Shown piece by piece: positions 37,733 to 45,773 of a stretch of DNA of 64,000 bases. This DNA comes from Myxococcota bacterium (GTDB lineage: Bacteria; Myxococcota; UBA4151). The stretch spans positions 320,001-384,000 of the forward strand of contig JAYZBQ010000048.1 of assembly GCA_036338695.1 (NCBI GenBank), in the 5' to 3' direction. Position 1 is the stretch's first letter; the number at the start of each line of letters is the position of its first letter. A program made the translations under genes and the position numbers. The notes beneath the pieces are model-generated. The model did no database searches and had not been told where the DNA came from. It worked only from the letters and a program-made list of their open reading frames with translations.

Positions 37733-39757
37733 ATGAGTCTTGACCCAGATATTCGGCGTCTAGCGCAGCAAATTGAGCACCATAACCGACTCTATTGGGA
37801 GCTCAACACTCCCGAAATTTCCGATCATGCCTACGATGCGCTGGTCGAAGAGCTTCGGCGACTCGACCCAAAGCACCCCCTCCTTGATCGGTTGGAGCAA
37901 GCGCCTCAGCTCGACCTCTTTAGCACACAGGAGGCATCGCCCCAGGCGCGCTTTGGACAGGCGGTGAGGCATGAGCATCCGATGTTGAGCCTCAACAAAG
38001 CCTACGACTTTGAGGTGGTCGAGAGGTGGTTCTCAAGCTTTGACGGCGGCGTCGTCGTCATGCCCAAAGTCGACGGTATCGCCTGCTCGCTGCGCTACGC
38101 CTCAAGCGGTGACCTCACCTACGCCGCAACCCGTGGCAACGGACGCGTCGGAGAAGATATTACCGCCAATATCCTAGCCGCCGAATGCGTACCGGCTCAT
38201 CTTGATGGGCTCGTCGGCGCCGCTGAAGTGCGCGGCGAGGTCTACATCGCAACCCAAGACTTTCAAGAGCACCTCGCAGAGCGCTTCTCGAACCCACGCA
38301 ACACCGCCTCAGGCGCGATCAAACAAAAGAACCATGAGGGGACGCGCGCCTACCATCTCCGCTTCTTCGCCTATGACCTGATCGTGTCGGATCAGCCTGA
38401 TGAAAAGACCAAATTCGAACGGCTCGAGGCGATGGGTTTTGCGCGCGCAGAGCACACGCTATGCGCCGATTATGAGGCGGTCGAAGATACGGTGAGGCGC
38501 TACACCGACGACCGAGCTACGCTCCCATATGAGACCGACGGCGTCGTCATGAGGACCGCTCGTTCGAGCGAGCAGATTCGGCTGGGACTCACGGCACATC
38601 ATCCACGCTTTGCGCTCGCCTTCAAGTTCAGCGGTGACGTCGCTCAAACCACCCTAGTCGATGTCCACTGGCAGGTGGCTCGGACCGGAACGATCACGCC
38701 GGTTGCACAGCTCGAGCCCGTCGAGCTCTCAGGCGCTATGGTGAGCAAAGCCAGCCTCCACCACGCCGGGCGCGTCGAGGCGCTCGAGCTCGCTGTACCG
38801 GCGCAGGTCGTCGCGGCGCGACGAGGCGGCGTCATCCCCCACGTTGAAGGCGTGCTCAAGCTTGGCGATAAGCCGATTGAGATCCCGACAACGTGCCCTG
38901 GATGCGAGGCGCCCACGACCCGTCGCGAGGACTTCTTGATGTGCTCACGACCCCAAGAGTGTCGCCCCGCCCGGATCGCCTCCCTGGTCCACTGGTGTCA
39001 GGCGCTTGACCTCGACGGGCTGGGTCAAAAACTCGCCGAACAGCTCTACGACCATGGCTTTGCGCAGCGACCGATCGACCTGTACGGGCTCACTCGAGAG
39101 CAGCTGATCACCCTCCCACGCTTTGCCGAGCGCTCAGCTGAGAACCTCCTTGCGCAGATCGAACAAAGCCGCGCCATCGACGGCGCAGCGTTCTTGGTCG
39201 GCTTAGGGATCGATGATCTCGGCGTCACGGTCGCAAGGCGCCTGCTCGACGAGCTCGGCTCGCTCGAGCGTCTGCTCGAGGCGACCGAGGCGCGCTTGCT
39301 CGAGATCGACGGGATCGGCGCCATCACCGGCGCTGGGATCACCAAGGCGCTTCATGAACGCGCCGAGGAGATCGAGCGGCTGTTGGAGGTGCTCGACGTC
39401 AACGAGAGCAAGTCAGCACCCGGCGATACGCAAGCCGCGCTCGACGGGTTTTGGGTTGTCTTTACCGGCACCCTCGCCAGCTCGGATCGAAAGTCAGCGC
39501 AAGCCGTGGCGCGGCAACATGGCGCCAAAACGCCCAGCTCAGTCGCCAGCACGGGTCAAGGCATCTTGGTTATCGGAGACCGAAACTCAGCGCTCACCGG
39601 TGAAGGACGCGTCAGCACCAAACACGCCAAGGCGCGCAGCCAGATCCGTCAAGGCGCTGACCTCGTCATCATCGCCGAGAAGGAGTGGTTGGAATGGATC
39701 GATGGGAACGCATCGATCGAGGAGCTGCGAGCGCAGTGGAGCGGGCAAGCGCGCTAA
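37733..39757 (+). CDS. ligA: NAD-dependent DNA ligase
   Basis: PEISD..YD, PMLSL, KVDG, TRGNG, EVRGE, NPRN, DGVV, RTG.ITP, Zn finger, HhH repeats, BRCT-like tail. Confidence 0.97.
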   Translation: MSLDPDIRRLAQQIEHHNRLYWELNTPEISDHAYDALVEELRRLDPKHPLLDRLEQAPQLDLFSTQEASPQARFGQAVRHEHPMLSLNKAYDFEVVERWFSSFDGGVVVMPKVDGIACSLRYASSGDLTYAATRGNGRVGEDITANILAAECVPAHLDGLVGAAEVRGEVYIATQDFQEHLAERFSNPRNTASGAIKQKNHEGTRAYHLRFFAYDLIVSDQPDEKTKFERLEAMGFARAEHTLCADYEAVEDTVRRYTDDRATLPYETDGVVMRTARSSEQIRLGLTAHHPRFALAFKFSGDVAQTTLVDVHWQVARTGTITPVAQLEPVELSGAMVSKASLHHAGRVEALELAVPAQVVAARRGGVIPHVEGVLKLGDKPIEIPTTCPGCEAPTTRREDFLMCSRPQECRPARIASLVHWCQALDLDGLGQKLAEQLYDHGFAQRPIDLYGLTREQLITLPRFAERSAENLLAQIEQSRAIDGAAFLVGLGIDDLGVTVARRLLDELGSLERLLEATEARLLEIDGIGAITGAGITKALHERAEEIERLLEVLDVNESKSAPGDTQAALDGFWVVFTGTLASSDRKSAQAVARQHGAKTPSSVASTGQGILVIGDRNSALTGEGRVSTKHAKARSQIRQGADLVIIAEKEWLEWIDGNASIEELRAQWSGQAR

Positions 39758-39789
39758 ACAGCTTGGCATCGACGCAAGGCTGACGTAGA

Positions 39790-39945
39790 CCCGTCGTGTC
39801 GCACAGCGGACAGGAAGCTGGTGAGAATCCAGCGCTGCCCCCGCAACTGTGACCGGTGACGACCGCTCGTTGATGCCACTGCGCCGATTTGGCGTGGGAA
39901 GGCGGAGGGGAAGGCTGATCCGGCGAGCCAGGATATTGTGCCTGT
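39790..39945 (+). ncRNA. Cobalamin (B12) riboswitch
   Basis: AGGAAGCTGGTGAGAATCCAGCGCTGCCCCCGCAACTGTGA (39812-39852), GCCACTG...GGGAAGG, B12-box GAGCCAGGA (39925-39933); lies upstream of a TonB-receptor operon. 5' boundary approximate. Confidence 0.93.
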
Positions 39946-40053
39946 GGGACACACTTGAATAGGCTATCGGCGGGATAGACTATCAGCGCGACGTATCGGC
40001 TGCCCCTGATATGGGGTTGAGTTCGCCCCCGCCACACGACCTGGGGTCTCACT

Positions 40054-40788
40054 ATGCGTCATCTCGCCATTTCACTAATCACCTTAACTGCTCTTGCCTG
40101 CGGTCCGCTCCCCGATGAAAATCGATCGATCGAGATCGAAGGCGTCTGGGCGACCCCTTGGGGTGATGAGACCATCACCGACGACGCCTGGCAAAGCGCT
40201 GCGATCATCAGCTTTGACAACGCGTCGAACATGGCGATCACGCAAGCGCCTGCTGACGATGAGTTCAACCCAAGCGCCTACTCGAAAATTCGCTGGACAG
40301 AGCCGGTTGACGGTCGATTCTTCTACTGCACCGTCGCCTTTGGTCAAGCGACCGAACAGGACGCAGTCGATGCGGAAGATACCTCGGATGCCAACGACCT
40401 ATCGGGTGAGGGTTGCGGTGGATTTGCGTGGACGCTGATGCGTGAACCGCTTGCGATCGCAGGAAGCTGGGCATCAGAGTTTAGTGAAGAGACCATCACG
40501 AGCCAGAGTTGGGACAGCGGCTTTGGTGTCTCAGCCGTGCGCGACTGGGACAACGCCGATCAGTGGGTTGTCACTCAAAATGCAGCAGACGCTGAGTTTG
40601 GACCCAACACCTTCAACGCAGTCTTTTGGACGCTTGGGGACGGCGGCGTGATCTACCATTGCACCGGCAGCTTTGGGCACGAAACCTTGGACGCTGCGCT
40701 GACGAGCGTGAGCGAGCGCCCAGACGCCACGCAGCCTGAAGCGTCAGGATGCGGAGACTTTGCGTGGACCAAGCTCGAGCCGCGCTGA
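40054..40788 (+). CDS. B12-riboswitch-regulated lipoprotein with two tandem ~105-aa repeat domains, unknown family
   Basis: Lipobox ALAC; each repeat I.G.W.....ETIT...W...DN......TQ...D.EF.P......W.........CT..FG......A...D......GCG.FAWT. Confidence 0.85.
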   Translation: MRHLAISLITLTALACGPLPDENRSIEIEGVWATPWGDETITDDAWQSAAIISFDNASNMAITQAPADDEFNPSAYSKIRWTEPVDGRFFYCTVAFGQATEQDAVDAEDTSDANDLSGEGCGGFAWTLMREPLAIAGSWASEFSEETITSQSWDSGFGVSAVRDWDNADQWVVTQNAADAEFGPNTFNAVFWTLGDGGVIYHCTGSFGHETLDAALTSVSERPDATQPEASGCGDFAWTKLEPR

Positions 40789-41432
40789 TCCTCGGGCTCC
40801 TCGCCTGCGGTGAAGCGCCGCCTCGTGAGCCGTCTGAAGACGCAGGGCCGCCTGTTGTTGACGCAGGCATCCCCCTCGCAGAGCTTCCATTTGCTACCGA
40901 GGTGGTCGATTTTTCTCCCGGACCAGGAGCCGGATTTGGACAGGTGGATTTTCCCGAGATCGTCTTAGGCCCACCCAAAGGATACGGTCCTCAGCGCGGC
41001 AGCACCGATGTCCTTAGCTTAGGTCACGGCGGCAGCATCACCCTCGGGTTCGCTCCTCGAGTGATCATCGATGGCCCCGGTGAAGACTTTCTTGTCTTTG
41101 AGAACCCGTTCTGGGTTGGGGCATCACCGGATAACGTCTTCTCTGAGCTAGGAAGTGTCGAAGTCAGCTCAGATGGTGATAACTGGTATCAATTTCAGTG
41201 TAATTCGCAACAAATACCACCTGATCAATGTGCTGGATACACACCGACTGAGCGGTTTGACAGCACCCAACCGTTAACACCAGATCGCTGCGGCGGCGAC
41301 GGCTTTGACCTCGCTGCGCTCGGGCTCACCGAGGTCCGTTTTGTCCGCATCACCGACCTGAGTCACTCGGGCGGTGCCCCCAGCGCCGGCTTCGACCTCG
41401 ACGCCGTCGGGCTGATTCATTACCGCAAATGA
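40749..41432 (+). CDS. Cell-surface lipoprotein, BtuH-like putative B12-binding domain
   Basis: Lipobox LLAC; VVDFSPGPG, LSLGHGGSITLGF, GEDFLVFEN, ELGSVEVSSDG, GDGFDL, FVRITD, GFDLDAV; start may be GTG 40764. Confidence 0.7.
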   Translation: MRRLCVDQARAALILGLLACGEAPPREPSEDAGPPVVDAGIPLAELPFATEVVDFSPGPGAGFGQVDFPEIVLGPPKGYGPQRGSTDVLSLGHGGSITLGFAPRVIIDGPGEDFLVFENPFWVGASPDNVFSELGSVEVSSDGDNWYQFQCNSQQIPPDQCAGYTPTERFDSTQPLTPDRCGGDGFDLAALGLTEVRFVRITDLSHSGGAPSAGFDLDAVGLIHYRK

Positions 41433-43327
41433 TCCCTCTGCTCCTGCTGACCTCGCTCACGCAAGGTCCCGTCCAAAAAGGGACGCGCCCGAGCGATCCG
41501 CTGCGCCAAGATCAGGGTGAGCGGATTGGGCTCGAGAGCCCCTTGATCGATGGTTCTGACTGGGAGGCAATTCTCAGCCAAGAGCTTGAGTTGCGCGTGA
41601 CAAAGTCTGCCTCACTGCTGGCGCCGCTGAGCTTATCCTGGCGAGGGAGCCGAACAGCACAAATCCAATGGACCCTCGATGGTCTACCGCTCGGTGATGC
41701 GCTCGGAGGCGCCGCCGGCTTACGCAGTCTGGACCCGCAGCTCTTTGGTCGGCTGACCGCCTTCGCCTCGAGCGGTTCATCAACCGACGCACCCATCGGT
41801 GGAGAGCTGGCGCTCAGCAGCTCACGCTCAACCCAACAAGCCCAACTGACCGTCGATCAGTTAGGACGCACGGCATGGAGCGTCGGCGTCCGTCATAAGC
41901 GCCGCAGCCTGGCGCTCTCAACCGACCAGACGCCGGGACGATTTAATTACTTTGATGACGGCGCCACGCTCTGGACGTCAAGCGATGACCAGATCAGCCA
42001 GCGGCGCAACAACGACGCCGGACGCGCCGGGTTTTTGTGGCGTGAGCAGCACTCGCCACGCTGGATCACTCGAGTCTTAGTGAGCGCGCTCGCGGGCGGC
42101 GTTCCGGGCAGCGCCAACCAGCCGCTCTTGAGCGTGCGCGAAAAAGAGCGCTTGAGGCTGGTTCACAGCAGCTGGCAGAGCCGTCGCGGGGTGTCTCGAG
42201 TCGATCTCAGCGTCGTAGAGCGGTTCCATCAACTCGACGATCCAAGCGCTGAATTGACCGGACTTTTCGGGCTCCAACCCCAAAGCCTCGGGCGCCGCTT
42301 GTTCGCCAATTGGCGCTATCAACAACGTACCCACGCGCAGAGCTTTGAGGTGCACTTACGCGGCGTAGGTGACCACCTCACACGCCAACCCGGACCCACC
42401 TCAGCGTGGGCTTCGGGATACCGTCTCAAGTCGCAGCTTGGCGGGACCTACCGGCGGCGTCTAAGCCCTTCGCTCCAGGCGACCGGATGGATCATGGCGA
42501 GCCTCGTGGATGACCGCAATAAAGCGTTGATCGCTCAGCTACCCGAGTCGCTTCAGGCCACAGAACCGAGCGATCACGGTCTCTTCTGGTCGCCCGGTAT
42601 GAGCCTTTCGATCACACCGAGCGCTCGGCTGCGTCTGATCGCAGGCCATCGTCCGCCTACGCTGCTCGAGCGCGTCGGACAACACGGTGGTCTGCGCGGC
42701 AACCCTGCGCTTCGCCCTGAGCGCTCATGGACGCTCGACGGGCGCATGATCAGGCGCATCGCAACCCTCGAGCTTCGAGGCTCAAGCTACGCGCGCCGGA
42801 GCGTCGACCTGATCGACTGGAACGCCACCAGCTTTGGGCGCGCCATGCCGATTAATCGAGCGCTGGTCACCATCGCTGGTGTTAACGTGAGCGCCCGCTG
42901 GCGCACCCAAAAAATCGACACGCGCCTAGCCTATCGATGGCAAGGTGAGTGGGCTCTTGACAGCCCGCTCGATCAGCAGCCTAAGCGCCTGTCAGGCAGC
43001 TCAGAGCACGTCGGGCGCTGGACCCTGTATTGGACCCCTAAAGCGTGGCGAGTTGGCGTCGGCTTGGACGCAAAAAGCCCTTATTATTTTGACGCCGCTA
43101 ACCTGCGACGCGTCCGATCACAGCCGCTCTTGAGCGCGCTGATCGAGCGAGAGATGATCCGTGGAATGAAGGTTCAGCTTGCGGTGTACAACGCCTCAAA
43201 TGTTACCAAGGATGAGTTAACTTTGCTCCCGACGCAGCATCGCGTAGACGTCGCTCATCAGGACCGATGGGGTCATCCCCTCCCCGGTCGCAGGCTACAA
43301 CTCGGCGTGAGCTACAACGAACGATGA
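41429..43327 (+). CDS. TonB-dependent receptor, probable cobalamin transporter (BtuB-like, divergent)
   Basis: Plug remnants WRGS...TLDGLPL...IGG; RPPTLLE...GNPALRPERS; C-terminal YN...PLPGR; under the B12 riboswitch. Confidence 0.85.
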   Translation: MIPLLLLTSLTQGPVQKGTRPSDPLRQDQGERIGLESPLIDGSDWEAILSQELELRVTKSASLLAPLSLSWRGSRTAQIQWTLDGLPLGDALGGAAGLRSLDPQLFGRLTAFASSGSSTDAPIGGELALSSSRSTQQAQLTVDQLGRTAWSVGVRHKRRSLALSTDQTPGRFNYFDDGATLWTSSDDQISQRRNNDAGRAGFLWREQHSPRWITRVLVSALAGGVPGSANQPLLSVREKERLRLVHSSWQSRRGVSRVDLSVVERFHQLDDPSAELTGLFGLQPQSLGRRLFANWRYQQRTHAQSFEVHLRGVGDHLTRQPGPTSAWASGYRLKSQLGGTYRRRLSPSLQATGWIMASLVDDRNKALIAQLPESLQATEPSDHGLFWSPGMSLSITPSARLRLIAGHRPPTLLERVGQHGGLRGNPALRPERSWTLDGRMIRRIATLELRGSSYARRSVDLIDWNATSFGRAMPINRALVTIAGVNVSARWRTQKIDTRLAYRWQGEWALDSPLDQQPKRLSGSSEHVGRWTLYWTPKAWRVGVGLDAKSPYYFDAANLRRVRSQPLLSALIEREMIRGMKVQLAVYNASNVTKDELTLLPTQHRVDVAHQDRWGHPLPGRRLQLGVSYNER

Positions 43328-44373
43328 ACAGAGCGCTTACCGTCTTTTTGATCAGCGTGGGTTGCGCCCCAGCCGAGGCAGAGCCCGTGATCGAAGGCGC
43401 CGTCGACGTCGTCGTCATCGAGAGCGATTACACGACCGGACTCGTCAGCGGCTGGAGCGTTGAATTGGAGCCCACCTCGAGCGCCGTTCCCAGCGCAGGC
43501 GATGCAAAAATCGTGGCGACGACGTCTGGCTATGCGCTGCTTGAGCGCGGCGACATCCACGCCATCACCTTCCTCGATCATGACCTCAACATCGTCCATC
43601 AACACCCCCTGCCCGAAGGCAGTAATCCGCATGACGTCATCGAGACCGACACCGCTTATTGGATCAGCCTGTATCAAGCCTCCGAGGTGGTTCGCTTATC
43701 CAAAGAGACGCTTGAAGAAATCGAGCCGATCGATGGGCGCGCCTGGACCGACGCAGACGGTCGCCCCGAGGCGAGCGATCTTCACCTCAACAGCGATGGG
43801 ACGGTCTATCTAACCGTTCAAAACCTCGATTTTCGTGGCGTCGAGCCTATCCCACCAGAGCAAAGCCAGCTCGTTCACCTGAGCAGTTCCGGCTCACTCA
43901 TCGCCCAATATCCCATCCCGCCAAACCCCTTCGGCTCAGCTCAGCCGCTCGGTGAACATGAGCTCCTCGTCGCCTGCAACGCCGATTGGTCGGTTCAAGC
44001 CGACGCGGGTCTATGGCATCTCGCTCCGTTACGCGACCACGCCGAGCTCTGGGTCAGCGAGATCGAGCTCGGGGGTAATATCCTCGATTTTGCCGTCGCT
44101 GATGAGACCGTCATCATCGTGGTTTCACGACCCGATTTTACGACTGCGTTGGTCCGCTACAATCGCCTGGATCAAACACTCACGAGCCTTGAGGGGGATA
44201 CGCAATCACTCGGTTGTATCGCCCTCATCCATGACCAATGGGTTGTCTGTGATCGCACCAGCGGACGCCCTGGGCTGCGTTTTGTTGACCTCGCAAGCGA
44301 CCGCCTCGAAGAGACGCTGACGCCAACCACCCTCGCACCCTTACAGCTGATATCAGCTCCCTCGGTCCCGTGA
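43324..44373 (+). CDS. Beta-propeller lipoprotein (BtuG/YncE-like)
   Basis: Lipobox SVGC; SDY..G, GSNPHDV...YWISLY, DADGRPEAS, LTVQNLD, NPFG blade-like motifs. Confidence 0.7.
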   Translation: MNRALTVFLISVGCAPAEAEPVIEGAVDVVVIESDYTTGLVSGWSVELEPTSSAVPSAGDAKIVATTSGYALLERGDIHAITFLDHDLNIVHQHPLPEGSNPHDVIETDTAYWISLYQASEVVRLSKETLEEIEPIDGRAWTDADGRPEASDLHLNSDGTVYLTVQNLDFRGVEPIPPEQSQLVHLSSSGSLIAQYPIPPNPFGSAQPLGEHELLVACNADWSVQADAGLWHLAPLRDHAELWVSEIELGGNILDFAVADETVIIVVSRPDFTTALVRYNRLDQTLTSLEGDTQSLGCIALIHDQWVVCDRTSGRPGLRFVDLASDRLEETLTPTTLAPLQLISAPSVP

Positions 44374-44379
44374 GCGCCG

Positions 44380-44640
44380 CTGAACGCAAAACCCTTCGAG
44401 CGATTGTTGAAAACTCTTGCACATCGAAAGTGATCCGGCCCGCCCCTTCAAACCGATTCGATGAGAACCCCTTTTTCAAAAGCATTTACCTGAGCTTAAT
44501 GAGCTAGATAGATAACTTTTCAAAAGGCCGGATCGCCAACAAAAACAAGGGTTTTTAAAACCCTAATTGATCTTTGCTCCAAGGCACCGGAAAGCGCTTG
44601 TTCGCCTAGGGCCTAAGGGATAGGCTGCGTCCTGCTTAGA
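44380..44640. other. Candidate chromosomal replication origin (oriC) / dnaN promoter region
   Basis: AT-rich intergenic stretch; back-to-back 1-mismatch DnaA boxes TGTTGAAAA (44405-44413) and TCTTGCACA (44415-44423); spot counts suggest C>G to the left and G>C to the right. Confidence 0.55.
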
Positions 44641-44653
44641 GGAGCGATAATCA

Positions 44654-45754
44654 ATGCAATTCTCCATGGAAGCGAAAGCTTTATCGATCGCACTAGGTCG
44701 AGTGATCGGCGTGGTTCAGCACAAATCCAGTCGACCGATCCTGACCTGCGTCTTGATGACCGCTGAGGACGATGGGTCGTTGCATATCGAGAGCACCAAC
44801 ACGGACATCTCGGTCTCTGTTCATCTGGCAGCTAACGTCCAAAAGGCGGGGCGCATCGCTGTGCCAGCGCGCAAATTTGGCGATTATCTCGGCACCCTCC
44901 CGGACGGTGTGATCACCCTAAAAACCAACGACGAGGGTCAGGTGACGGTCACCTCGAGCCGAGGTCAGGGAGAGCTCGCTGGGCAACCAGGTAGCGACTT
45001 TCCGGTGATGCAGAGCTTTGATGATGCGAGCTTCTCGGATGTACCGAGCGTCGAGATGAAACGGGTGCTGACTCAGACGATTCGCTGCGCATCGACCGAT
45101 GACTCGCGCTTTGCGCTGGTTGGGGTGTATGTCCACAGTAAGCCCGACGGCTTACGCTTTGTCGCTACGGACGGACACCGTCTTGCGGTCGCACGCCCTG
45201 GGGCGGGTTTTGCGTGGTCAGTCCCCGCTGACGGCATGATCATGCCGAGCCGAGGCGTTGATGAGCTGCGCAAGTTGATGGATGGACAGGAGAACATCTC
45301 GATTGCGGTCGTGGGGAACCACGCGGTCGCCCGCAGCGAAGACCAGACCCTGTGTATGCGCCTGACCGATGGGACCTTCCCGAACTATGAGCAGGTGATC
45401 CCGAAGGCGAACGACCGACACGCCGTGGTCGATCGAGGGCAGCTGTTGGCTGCTCTGCGTACCGTCTCAGTCTTCTCGTCGCTCAAGACCGGTCAGGTCG
45501 AGATCACGTTCAACTCAGGGGCTTTGGTGATCTCGTCGGTGTCGGATTCGGGCACGGCGCGTGAGGAGTTGCCCTGCGACTACGACGGTCAGGAGCTCCG
45601 GATCGGCTTCAATCATAAGTACTTGCGTGACGCGCTCGAATCGGTGGAGGGCTCGGCCGTGTTGTTCCGCATGGGCGATCACCTCGCACCGGCGGTCGTC
45701 ATGCCGGAGGGCGATGATCACTATCTTTGCGTGATCATGCCGATGCGCCTCTAA
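44654..45754 (+). CDS. dnaN: DNA polymerase III beta sliding clamp
   Basis: AGAGGAG RBS; PILT, STDDSRFAL.G, VATDGHRLA, GTFPNYEQVIP, IGFN..YL, C-terminal IMPMRL. Confidence 0.97.
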   Translation: MQFSMEAKALSIALGRVIGVVQHKSSRPILTCVLMTAEDDGSLHIESTNTDISVSVHLAANVQKAGRIAVPARKFGDYLGTLPDGVITLKTNDEGQVTVTSSRGQGELAGQPGSDFPVMQSFDDASFSDVPSVEMKRVLTQTIRCASTDDSRFALVGVYVHSKPDGLRFVATDGHRLAVARPGAGFAWSVPADGMIMPSRGVDELRKLMDGQENISIAVVGNHAVARSEDQTLCMRLTDGTFPNYEQVIPKANDRHAVVDRGQLLAALRTVSVFSSLKTGQVEITFNSGALVISSVSDSGTAREELPCDYDGQELRIGFNHKYLRDALESVEGSAVLFRMGDHLAPAVVMPEGDDHYLCVIMPMRL

Positions 45755-45773
45755 GCCCAAAAGGAAGACAGGT

